From positions 1 through 64,000 of the forward strand of contig MNCI01000535.1 in NCBI GenBank assembly GCA_015680685.1: a stretch of DNA of 64,000 nt. The letters are read 5' to 3'. Made by a program: the position numbers and the translations under genes. Of the stretch, positions 25,973 to 37,700 are shown one piece after another (position 1 is the stretch's first letter; each line of letters starts with the position of its first letter). The DNA is from Gnetum montanum. Lineage: Eukaryota > Plantae > Gnetophyta. The notes beneath the pieces are model-generated. The model did no database searches, was not told the DNA's origin, and was given only the letters and a program-made list of their open reading frames with translations.

Positions 25973-26494
25973 GCCATAATGGTGAAAAGGGAAACTTGTC
26001 GCTCTCTCTCTCTGTTTAATGCAGAGTGTGCCATATAGTGTAGCATGGCTGCCACGACAACGTAGCACTGTTGGCATTCTAACCTTGACATGCTCTAAGC
26101 TGACTACTTACTTTTCCGAAAAAATGAAAAAATATATTTTCAACTTTTACCAGTCCAAAAAGACCTTAAACTAGCAACCCCAGCATAGTTGTAACTTTCA
26201 CAGTCCAAAAAGACCTTAAACTAGCATTTTTTGATCTGGTATACGTTTGTAGTCCACAATTATGCTAAACTAGCAGTCTCACAACTTCGCATCAGCTGTT
26301 TTACATTCCTTAGCAGTTACACATTCTCGCATCAACAATTTTGGATTTCCTACTTTAGCAGCTCTGCATCTCCATGACATAATGGTCTACCATGACTTTA
26401 AACTGGAAAAAATTTCAATATCTACATCATACTTCGTTAGTTACATCTCATCACTACTTTGCAAGTTTTTATTAGACATGATTGCTACCAATAG

Positions 26495-27414
26495 GTGCCT
26501 CTTAACCAGGCTTTCATCTCATTTTGACAAGTTAAGTATAAAATGGAAAGCCATCGCGATCTCTCCACACCTTTAGCCCTAGCAGGTCCACATGGCAAGC
26601 TCGCAAGACAATTGAACCTCAACCTGTTTGATTGGGGGTCAACCACAACTGACATCATAGCATCTTTAGAAACATCCCTAGACTAGCCCGAGCATCTGGC
26701 CCGAACCCTAGATTTGGAGGCCGAGGATGTAATCGAGGACCGTCTCGTCAAGACACCTATGACCATGCTTAAGGGGGAGGTAAAAACGTTAAAGCTTAGC
26801 TCCCTCCTAGATGCGCAGATGCATGAAAATGTAGCCAAAATTCTGCAAGACAACATCAAAGTCTTTGCATAGTTGTACAATGACATGCTGGGTTTAGATC
26901 CGAGGCTGATACAACACAACATCGTCCTAGACCCGCACATGAAGGTAGTCAAGCAGAAGGCTCATAAAGTCAAACCAGAAATCGCACTAGCCATGAGGAA
27001 TGAAGTCAACAAGCTATACCAAGCTAGTTTCATCCACGTAGTTGATTATTTGGAATGGATGTCCAACATCGTCGTGGTTTCTAAGAAAACGAGAGGAATA
27101 CGAATTTTCATAGACTTCTGGGATATGAACAAAGCGACGATCAAAGCTGATTTTCCACTTCCAAGCATCAATCAACTCATCGATACTACAGCTAGTCATG
27201 ATCTTTTATCCTTCATGGATGGCTTTTTTGGCTACAACTAAATTTGCATCAACCTAGAACATCAGCTAACGACAACCTTCATGACCCCATGGGGGACCTT
27301 CTATTACACCATGATGCCTTTTGGGCTTAAGAATGTTGGAGCAACCTACTAGCGGGCCATGACCTACATCTTCAGTGATTACATCTTAGAAACACTAAAT
27401 GACTACGTGGATGA
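26495..27414 (+). pseudogene. pol: A reverse transcriptase, N-terminal part, cut at YVDD by B; short continuation at 45549-45590
   Basis: WMSNIVVVSKK, DFPLPSINQLID, LSFMDGFFGYN, MPFGLKN, NDYVD | DIAVKSKEAVDHP. Confidence 0.93.
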
Positions 27415-29102
27415 TGTAGCGATCAAAAACGTCGATGGCTAGAAGAATGCCAAAGTCGGCGGACATAAGAGTTCCAACCTCGTGCCCGCGGGAGGGCAGT
27501 GCTGGGTGTGTGAGAACACGGGGTGCCCTGAATGGTCTGGTCGATCAGATAGGGACTTACATCAACGTCAATATAGCCTTTTGCAATATAAATGGTATAA
27601 ATTATGAGATGGTACTTATGGGTAATTATAGCGAAAAAGGAAAGAGATTAAAAAAATGCAACAACGATGCGAGATAATGAATAAGCATAGGTGCAACAAT
27701 GGTATGAGGCGATGCTTTAAGGTAAACAAAATAGAAATAATACGAGGAAACTAGACAATAGATAAGAAATAACATAAGATACAATTAGGAACATGCACCA
27801 ATTCAGAGCTACAAATCTATCTAGTCAAGGAGTGGCATAATCGGTTGTACGACGGGACGGAGTGCAGAAAGTTCCGAGAGTGACCAAAATGTGCTAGGCA
27901 ACAGGCAATGGCTGTGCACTTGGGCCTGAGCTTCATGTATATACAATGCAGGTGGGATCCTACCAAGGTGGTAGAATGAGGCTATGGGCTTTATGACAAC
28001 TGAGAGAGGTTCCTTTCACAGATCGCTGGCTTCTCCTTTCTTGCCCTTACTGTGAGATTGCAGGTATTTTTCTTTTTCTTTTTTTCATTTTAGTTTCCTC
28101 TTTTTTCTTGCTTCTTTCTTTTGTGGACCTCTTTTCTGTGCTACTTGGCAGGCTATTTATAGGGCTAAAGGTAAGCCAAGGTGATTGTTTGAATACTACC
28201 TTGTTGCAGACTTGCACCAACTTACTGGCGTTACTTGGACCATTTGTGACCGTTGAGCTTGCAAGACCGTTATGACGCGAGCAATAACTGTGGTCCTACT
28301 ACATCACGACTATGCCGCCAACCTCTAGAGATGTGCGCCAATGGTTTAATTGAGGTGAAGTGGATTGATGTCACACGGTCACCTACCTATCGCACTGTGT
28401 TTTGCGACGTGGTTTGCTTTTCATGGCATAGCACCTTGTCACGTGTCTTGCTGTACATCACATACTTGCTACATGATGCTATGCTACATAGCGTAGCGAC
28501 TAGGATAGTCTTGCTGATTTTCAGCTTATTCCACCATAGTACAAGTTCTGCGGACTTTGCTAATTTTGTCTTCCGAACAGCCTTTTGTTCCTTTCCACAG
28601 GATTGCTACGTCTTGCTGCGCCATGTAGCTCAGCATAGCGTAGCAGCAAACATGGTCCGCCACTTCCTGGCGAAAAGAAACATCACTACAAAACTTGAGA
28701 TTGGACGAGGGAGGTGGGTAATGAAGTTGCTGCCATGCTATGCCATATGTCATCACGTAGCGTAACATCTTGTTCTGCCATTGTTTTTTGAAGTTTGCTA
28801 CGCTACGCATCATAGTGTAGCAGGCTTTGTGACTTAGAAAACTTGCTGATTTTCTTCTCCCTTGCACTTAGACTATTGTCACTGATTCTGGACATCATTT
28901 TTGAGTAGGCTGCTGGCTGTTCAGACTACTTTGGCAAATAGGCGAGTTGGTACAGAACTCACCTATGCCTAAAGTAGAAAATTTACTGAACCGGCCATCT
29001 TGGACTCAGAACGTTCTTTTTCCAATGGATTGTGGTGGTGCTTATGCAGACTGCAAGAGCCTGGTGAAGCCAGGATGACCCCACATTTTTTAGGATGTTT
29101 CA
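27415..29102 (-). repeat. 3' LTR of B
   Basis: TGTAGCGA...TGTTTCA; full-length direct match to 43862-45548. Confidence 0.95.
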
Positions 29103-29115
29103 TTGGCCCCTCTTT
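29103..29115 (-). promoter_or_regulatory. Polypurine tract of B
   Basis: AAAGAGGGGCCAA immediately before the 3' LTR on - strand. Confidence 0.85.
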
Positions 29116-29492
29116 GTCGACATCTGGAGGACAGGCTTGATGGACGTTGGCAAAGAATACGAAACATCATAGTAAGCGAAATGCTAAGGTTATTTCTTGG
29201 TGAGTACTAAGACGTCACCTGGCTGTGCTTGAGGGTGCTGCATTGGTGCTATGGAGGTTAAGGTAGAGAGCAGAGATGATCTTTTAGCCTGGTCCCTCGT
29301 TGGAGTGCCCTGAGGGGCTTGTTTGCGTTCTCATCGCTAACTGGCGCTGTTCTTCAACCTCTTGCAGGCGGGTGTCCCCTCCATAGGATGAGCTATTTAC
29401 ATCCACAGAGGATCTTGACTTGCCTATTGGAGCCTTCTGCATGGCGAGCTGCCTTACACGCATGCTAGAATTTGCACTCTAAGTCAGCCATG

Positions 29493-30071
29493 TTAGTCGA
29501 GGCACTCACTTTGCGATGCTATAGCCTTTGTTGCTGTAGAGGGGTGCGCCTGTGGGGAAAATGTTTTACGGGCTTTCGGCATTGTTGTTACCCTTGGGCA
29601 CCATCGCTGGTGTGAGATGCCCAGAGCAGGGAGGCCAGCAGCGGTCTTGGTAGCACTGCCCGTGGAGGGAGCTTTTCCCCAGGGCACCGGGGATGCAGAT
29701 GCATTGGGATCTCTGCCAAAGACCTGCACGCTAATTTCAACTATGGGATCAGCTACCACATAGCCGAACACTATGCGAGCCGCAACCTTGATGGGGAATA
29801 GAAGTGCAATAGTACTACGGCTAGGCCACAATACTATCAGCACCTCAGAAGCGGGAATGGGCCTGGGAGCTACCATCTGGGCGGTGGGTGGTAGCGACGG
29901 TAGGTTCAGAGGGTCGTGTAACATCGTACGATGTCTTCGAAGGGTCAACGTGACACCAGAAATGGGGGCGCGTACGCCCCAGATCGTGTTTTCCTTACGT
30001 CGGGAGCTGCATCCTAGAGTAGCGATATCCCACTTGCATGTCAGCATCATGCTTCTTTGTTCGACGTACAT
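29493..30071 (-). CDS. Possible extra sense ORF (192 aa) between integrase and PPT; unknown product
   Basis: Open frame in a GC-richer segment; no recognisable motif; only one copy in the window. Confidence 0.25.
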   Translation of the reverse strand: MYVEQRSMMLTCKWDIATLGCSSRRKENTIWGVRAPISGVTLTLRRHRTMLHDPLNLPSLPPTAQMVAPRPIPASEVLIVLWPSRSTIALLFPIKVAARIVFGYVVADPIVEISVQVFGRDPNASASPVPWGKAPSTGSATKTAAGLPALGISHQRWCPRVTTMPKARKTFSPQAHPSTATKAIASQSECLD

Positions 30072-30099
30072 TTGGTGATGATGCCTGTTGAGGATGTGA

Positions 30100-30410
30100 C
30101 ACGAACCTAGTTTAAGGTCTTGGTAGACTGGGTGCTGGTTTAGGGTCCCAGCGGACCGCTATGCTAGTTTGAGGTCCTAACGGACCGTACATGCTCGTGT
30201 TACGTCGTGGCGGATGCACGTTGCTAGTTTATAGTCATAGTGGACTAACAGTGCCAGTTTTACGTCGTGGAAGACTATTGCTGCCAGTTTATAGTCATAG
30301 TGAACTAACAGTGCCAGTTTTACGTTGTGGCGGACGCTGGGGATATTGCTAGTTTATCATCATTGCGGACGCTGATCGGTGCGACTGCTAGTTTATCGTC
30401 ATAGCAGATA
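30100..30410. repeat. Short tandem repeats downstream of B integrase (TGCYAGTTT core, ~30-bp period)
   Basis: About 9 copies, e.g. CAGTGCCAGTTTTACGTYGTGG and AGTTTATAGTCATAGTG. Confidence 0.85.
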
Positions 30411-30433
30411 GTGGCGTGGGCTGTCATTGCACG

Positions 30434-33400
30434 TTAGATGTAGTATGGCTTGAGGTACATGTGGTTCACCAGGTTGGTGAATTCATTGCCATCCATGTCC
30501 GCCAGTTTGAAAGCTCCATTCCCGAAGGCTTTAGCAACCATGTAAGGCCCTTCCTAGTTGGCTAAGAATTTACTCACGTGCTCACGGATGATCTTGAGGA
30601 TGAGGTCCCCCTTCTATACTGGGCATCGATGCTGGTCTGCGTGGTGCTTTTACCGTTGTCTGTCCTGATAGTGCTCGATCCATCTTAGCGTCTGCACGCA
30701 TTCCTCCTCACTGAGTCGAGGTCGATGGCTCATGATTCGTTGTTCTAGGCTTTGCTCACGACGTTGGACAGGATCATCTAGAGTGAGGGTACCTATAACT
30801 CAAGAGGTAACACAGCTTTAGATTCATAAACGAGACTGTAAGGGGTCTTACTTGTTGCAGTTCTGCAAGTCGTTCGATAGGCCTAGAGGACATAGAGTAT
30901 TTGCTCGTGCTACCGCCTCTTGCTGTTGCTAAGCATTTGCTTCAGTAAGTTGATGATGGACTTATTTGTAGCCTTTGCCTGTCCGTTCACCTGCGGATAG
31001 TAAGGGGAAGAAAATTATTGTTTAATACCCAGGTTGCCACAGAAGGTCCGGGTTTCCTTATTGCTGAACTGTGATCCATTGTCGATCACAATGGTCATCA
31101 GAAGCCTGAACATAGTCACGATGTTATCGAGGATGAAGTGGCAGATTTGCTGGGATGTCATTTTCCTTAGAGGAATAGCTTCCACCCACTTAGTAAAATA
31201 CTCTGTGGCAGTGATAATGAAGCTATGCCCCGCTGAAGACTTAGGCGTGATGGGCCCTATGAGGTCTAGTCCCCATCGTTGGAAAGGCCACGTAATTTGT
31301 GTAGGGTGTAGGTCTGTAGGCGCTATGTGTATGAGATTTGCATATCTCTAACATGTGTCACACATCTTGACTTTTGATAGGTAGTCACGCTCCATGTAAG
31401 GCCAATAGTACCCTAGGCGTGTGATCTTTGCTGCTATAGCCCTAGGTGCTATGTGTCCACCGCACAGCCCTTCATGAACCTCATTAACTACCTTCTGTGC
31501 CTGCTTACCACCCATGCACACCAGCAGTATCCCATCGTAGGACCACTGGCATAGGGCGTCACTTCCTGATTAGCATGTATTGCCAGGCGTGTTTGTGGAT
31601 TGCATCTCTCTGGCCTGATGTCAATCCACCTAGGAGTTCGCCTTGCTGCAAATATGTTTTAATGTTATCGTACCATTCTGGGGTGTCTACAGCATCGACA
31701 GACGCCACGTGTTTTGTTCGAGTGATAGGTTCTACACATTCTATGATCGCAGTGGATAGGTTTGCCGAGGAATGCGATGGGATGTTTAAAGTGAGGGTAG
31801 CTATGGCATTTGCTATGCTGTTCTCGCTGTGTGGCACGTGTTGCACATTAGTGGTCGTGAATTGTTTTAATAAGGCCTTTGTTAGGTCACAGTAGGGTTG
31901 TAGATGCGTAGCCTTGCAGGCGTAAACATTGGTGATCTGATTCACAACTAGTTGTGAATCTCCCCGGATTGCCAAGTGTTGTACATGTAGTGCATGGGTA
32001 GTTAAGAGGCATCTGAGTAGCCCCTCGTATTCTGCCATGTTGTTAGTGCACGGGAATGCGAAGCAAAAAGTGGATGGATACATTTCCCTAGAGAGGAATG
32101 TGACTACGGCAGTGGTGCTACCTCCTTGCGTGGTTGAGGCACTGTCGAAGTGTAAGGTTGCCTTGAAATGCGGTGGGACGATGGCGACATTGCTTACGTA
32201 TTCGTCTGGGAACTCGAGGTCAATAACTACCTGGTCGTTGACTGGCGAGGCTGTGAGTTGGATCGCTATGGCTTGGCCTTTTTTTGACGATTAGCTCACG
32301 TAGCGTAGATCAAATTCTATAGTTATGGCCTTCCATTGGGCTATCCTACTACCTTCGTATAGGTTATTGGTGATAGCTCGAAGTACATTGCTTTTGCAAA
32401 TGATGTTGGTTGTGCTGCAGAATAGGTAGTGCCACCACCTTTTTAGCGCAAACACTAAGGCTAGGCAATTCCTTTCCACCTTGTTGTATTTTTTCTCATA
32501 TGATATTAATGTGTGGCTCAGGTAATACACTGGTATCTCAGAGCCATCGTCCCGCTTCTGAAATAGCAGTGTTGCTATGGATGCATCAGAGGTGGCGAGG
32601 TATATGAAGAAAGGCTTGTCCCTCTGCAGCGGGTACACTATTGGTAGGTGGGAGAGTTCCTCCTTTAGATTGTTGAAGGCTTGTTGACATTGGACTGTCC
32701 ACTTGAAGTCAATCCATTTTCTCATAAGATGTTGCATGGGGTGTAACTTATTGGTCAGTCTTGCTATGAACCTTCGAATGAATTGCACTCTACCTTGTAG
32801 ACCATGTAACTCTTTTAGGTTTGTGGGGGGTGCTAGGTTGACGATAGCTTTAACTTTGTCTGGGTCCACTTGTATTCTAGCTTTTGATACTACAAACCAT
32901 AACACGCACTCGATCTTTACTCCGAAGATACATTTCTTAGGATTGAGATGCAAATCGTGCCTTTGACAGCACTTGAGGACCAACTCTAGGTCACGCGGGT
33001 GATGGGCCGCCTCTTTGGACTTAACCGCTATATTGTCCACATAATCATTTAATGTTTCTAGGATGTGGTTACTGAAGATGTATGTCATGGCTCATTGGTA
33101 TGTTGCCCCAGCATTCTTGAGCCCAAAGGGCATCATGGTGTAGCAGAAGGTTCCCCATGGAGTCATGAAGGTTGTCGACAACTGATGTTCCGGGTTGATG
33201 CAGATTTGGTTATATCTGGAGAAGCCATCCATGAAGGATAGTAGAGCATGCCCAACTGTGGTGTCAATGAGTTGATTGATGTTCAGTAGTGGAAAGTTCT
33301 CCTTGATCATTTCCTTGTTCAAATCTCAGAAATCTATACACATTCGTATCCCTCCTGTTTTCTTTGACACCACAATAATGTTGGACACCCATTCTGAATA

Positions 33401-33975
33401 GTCGACTGCGCGGATGAAGCCTACTCGGTACAACTTGGTGATTTCCTCCTTCACAGCTAGTGCGATTTCTGGCTTGATTTTATGCACCTTTTCCTTGACT
33501 ATCTTTATGTGCGGGTCTAGGATGATATTATGCTAAATCAATCGTGGATCTAGACCTGGGATATCTTCATATGACCATGCGAAAACGTCAACGTGTTCTT
33601 GCAAAGTTTTGACTATGCCCTCATGTACTCATGTATCTAGTAGGGAGCTGAGTCTTAATGTCTTTGCCTCCCTTCTTGTAGAGGTTACGGGTATCTTGAC
33701 AAGTGGATCTTCGGTTACATCTCCAGCCTCCAAATCTAGGACATAGACTAGGTGTTTAGGAAAATCTGGGGGTTCTTCTAAGGTTGCTATAGTATTAATC
33801 GCAACCAACTCCCAGTTGATTGCGTTGGGGTTTAACTATCTTGCGAGCTTGCCTTGTGGCCCTGTCAATATTAGAGGCATGGATAGGGCCTAGTGGGTTT
33901 CCATTTCTTGCTTAACCTACCATCACAAGATGAGAGCTTGGGTAAGGATCGCCAGAGATTGTGCAGAACATCAAT
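30434..33975 (-). pseudogene. pol: B pol: RT - RNase H - additional RNase H - integrase
   Basis: LSFMDGFSRYNQI, YVDNIAVKSK; degenerate RH (IYLATSD...ERNCLAL); aRH LHFDSA...CTNNMAEYEGL...GDSQLVVNQI; INT HEGLCGGH...CDTC, WGLDLIGP, GPY; stop at 30434-30436. 5' boundary approximate. Confidence 0.95.
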
Positions 33976-34556
33976 CTGCAAAGTAACATCGAGATGCGAC
34001 TTGCTACATAAGACGATGTAAAGACTGAGGATTTGCTTGCTTAGGGCCGTGGCATGCCACCCAGGCATAGGGATCTAGGATAGTTGAAGACATAGTCGTT
34101 GTTGATGTAAATTGTGAAGTTGTATATAGATGCCAAATCACTAGTTTAGATGTCATTTTGGATTACCATATTGTGACATGCAAAGTCTTGCTGTGTTAAA
34201 TAGCGATAAAAGAGATAGCATGGTGAGTACAAGACGTGTCGGACGGTTAATGCGGGAATGAAGGCATGAAACTGTTAGGGAACGTGCTACCCTTATGTCG
34301 AGGCATGCCAGGTGATTTCCCACGTGAGAAGCATAATTACTTCGTTTGACATCATTGTAGACTATGGCCATTATTAGTTGAATTATTATCATATCTCTTT
34401 TTTTATCTTCGAGAAGGCCAACAACTGACTTGAAGCATGCCGAGGTTTAAATGCTAATAGTGTTGTGATGTCGTGGTGAGCATGCTACATCGCCTGTCAC
34501 CTTAGCCTTAATCGGAGAGAAAGAAAAAGGAAATTTCTTCATTTTGGTATTACTAC

Positions 34557-34566
34557 CATAAATAGG
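34557..34566 (+). promoter_or_regulatory. Putative TATA-like box of B's antisense gene
   Basis: CATAAATAGG 148 bp before the ATG at 34714; conserved in A. Confidence 0.5.
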
Positions 34567-34713
34567 GCTTGCATCCTGGTAATTTCGCTGTTTTTGATTC
34601 TAGAAGCGCATAATCCTTGTCAGAGTACTTCGGTGATTTTGGAGCATGGAGTCATTGTGTGAATCCATATCGAGGTGAATTTCTATGAAGGTCGTAACTC
34701 TGCTAGTAGGGCT

Positions 34714-37700
34714 ATGGCTCCCAAGACTCAGTTGGTGCTCGCGAAGGTCGGGGAGGCGAAGAAGACCTTGAGGTGTGGGGCATGAGCGTGTGTTCCGGTG
34801 TGGGAGGATGCACTATTGACCCAGTGAGTTTTATACATCTCCTCCTATCCTTTTTCGCTCTAGTTTTATGTCTCATTTGTTTTGCCATTGGTATTTCCTG
34901 TGGCTGCGTCATTTTGGCTTTGGTGTTCTCACGGTTTTGCTTTCTTTCGGTCATTACTATCGTGCGAGGGTCTCGTTGTGGTTATGTGCAAGGCTATTAC
35001 TACCGCAACTGTTGCCACAGCCACGGGACCAAGATCTTTGAAGCTGCTAGATCGTGAAACCTTCGGGAGGGGGTTTAGTTACGTATGACATAGGTGCATG
35101 TTCTACTCGGGTCTGCTATCAGTTATCTTATTGCTACACCAAGTTACTTGCATATTCTTTCTACGCTAGACCTTTGCATCTTTGTTATGCTATGATGAAT
35201 AGGGATCATGCTATGCTTCACTTATGGTCGGCTAGGCAGTGCTACGTTGTTTATGTGTTATGTTCATATTTGATGTCACGGTCTATTGTTTCCATTATGC
35301 AGGGTAGGACCAAGGTCTAGATTGATCGTTCTGGATCTGGAAGGAGTCTTGTGCCATGTAGGTGGGCCTATGGCCAATGTTCCCCCTCCTTTGGTATGTT
35401 TGGGAGGTTGAGCGGTTTTGTTTAGGGATGGGGCGCGAGACTTCCTGCAATTCCTCCTCAGCCAGTTCAGTCTCATGGTTTGGTCCTTTTCGAATGAGGC
35501 ACGGGCGTCCGGTATGATAGAGGCTTTGCTACCTGGGGCAAATTGAGGCATCCTGAGATATCTCTTTGACGACATGACTTTAGGCAAGCTGGGAGGAGGG
35601 TCTTCCCCACACTCCATAGGGTTGAGGCGCTTGGCCTGGATTTGGGTTGTGCCAGAATACCAGTGTTATCATCCCTTCAACACGTTGTACCTTGCGTGTC
35701 ATATGGCGATGTATTTTTTGAACCCATAGGGGACTGTTTACTGTGTTAGCGGGTGAGTTTCATGTCTCTATTTTTGTTATGCGACTTTGACTATGCTCGG
35801 TTGAGTGTTGATAGCATGCACTTGTCATAAGGTTCTATCTTAATGATGACAAGGTTTGGCCATGACACAACTAGCCCTACAGGAATTTGCCTCTACCAAA
35901 AGCCTACGAGCTGGCGTGATTGCTCTTTGCGGCGAAGGATACCATCCCCTCTTACGCACGCTCGCCTCTTTTTACAATAATTTCAGGAGAAAAGATTGGC
36001 TAGACAAGGAGTGGAGGAAACCTTTTAAGCAAGTTACCCTCGAAGCAATCTTAGCAGCTGAACTCCCACTATTTCCCTCACCGTATAGGCCTGGTGGGTT
36101 AACAAGCGGGTGTCGTTTTCTCTTTTTTTTTTTAAGAAATGTTTTGCGATTATTGTCGTAGGAGCGAAGAAGCCTCGCAAAGTGATGGTGGTGACTGCCA
36201 AAGGGCAAGGGGGAAACATCTACTTCAAATATGGTGAGGTATCGGTAAGCCAGAGCTGGTTGGAACAAGGGGCTCCAGGCCCCTTACTCAGAAGAATTTG
36301 AATGGCCGGGCTTATGGATCTATTTATGGCACTGAATCTGGGCGTTCCTGCTGGCGAGATGCTTTCCCTAGTCAACTTCTTTTCTGGGCAGACGAGCCAC
36401 TTTCGCACATACGTACAGGGTGTGCGGGTGGTCATTGACATCAATGACCAGCTATTTGAGGATTTGTTGGCATTCCTAATGATGGCACTGATGTGATGTT
36501 GAAGGGCAAGTAGGAGTTGACCCTTCATAAGTAGCATATTGAGGAGTGGCTGAGGCTCACCAAGGAGTGAAAAGGGTTTCCTATGGAAAAAACTTAAGGA
36601 CGGTCCTGCCATGGGGATATATGTGGTCTTTCGTGCTTGTGCATTCCCTCAACTGCTCACTCAAGAAAAATTCTTGGGGCTTGGGTAGGCTTGGATAATG
36701 CAGGAAGTCGTGGAGGAAGGGGCCCGTTATAACTGGGCCAAATTTCTATGCAATGGCTTGCAGGGTGAGATTTTGGGGCTCCATGAGCAAATGGAGTCCC
36801 GCTCTAACATACACTACACCTTCAATATTTTTTGTTTAAAGCATTTTGCAGAGTTCCTGGTGGTGTAGGAGGATGGGGTCTAGTCTGAGTTGGATCGTGA
36901 ACAGATTCCCAAGCCATGGATTCGATAGGTCTTTCGGACCATGCAAGCCCAAGCTTGCCCGGAGGTGGTCAGGGATTCATTTTCTGTAATGACTAAGGAC
37001 CTAACGCTTCACAGCGCTTGTGGCCTGGACAGTGTAGGGGAGACTCCCCCTACCATACTCGGCAACGTGACCCAGGGTGATCGTCTTATGGCTGAGGCCG
37101 TTCTTGTGGAGTTGCGGAGAAAGAGACCTCCTCCCTCTAGGGAAAGCCCTCGTGAAGAGGAGCGATGACTGCGATTCAAGTTGCGGTGAACGCAACCCCC
37201 CATTGATGAGTGTTTAGAATGCTAACTATTCCATGCTTAGCTAAGTGGCACCTTGTGTCATTGTATCAACTTTGGCTTATCATGTGTCTACCTTTTGCGG
37301 ACAGTAGAAGAAGAAGTTGATGAGGAAGTGTCGGCCCTTAGACCGGGGGTGACAAATAAAGACACGGGGGGCTCAACTTTGGAAGAGAGGGGCCCGACGA
37401 GGGATACTGGGACCCTCATCTCCGGGTCAGGGGCTCTTGTCATTAGGGAACCTCTTCCTACCAACGAAGAGGTGTCTTCCCAAAATAAAAAAGGTGCTTC
37501 CCTCCTGAAAGGAAAAGCACCAGCGGTTGAGGTAGGAGTTCCTACAGACCTGGCTGGGCCTTCTACCGAACCTACCGCGATTGTCTTGCATCGGCATGAT
37601 GCAAGGCAACAACTGAATACTAGTGAGTTTATACTTTGGATGTACCCTACTATAGTCCACTTCGACTGTTGTTGTCATGTTAAATTATGTAACAGGTGCT

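Noticed and set aside
27435-28867. ORFs within B's LTR that are repeated at 43879-45341
   Set aside because: Their repetition only reflects LTR duplication; no domain motifs, and the frames differ between copies
30100-30410. CRISPR-like appearance of short repeats
   Set aside because: Imperfect tandem units without unique spacers or cas genes, in a plant retroelement
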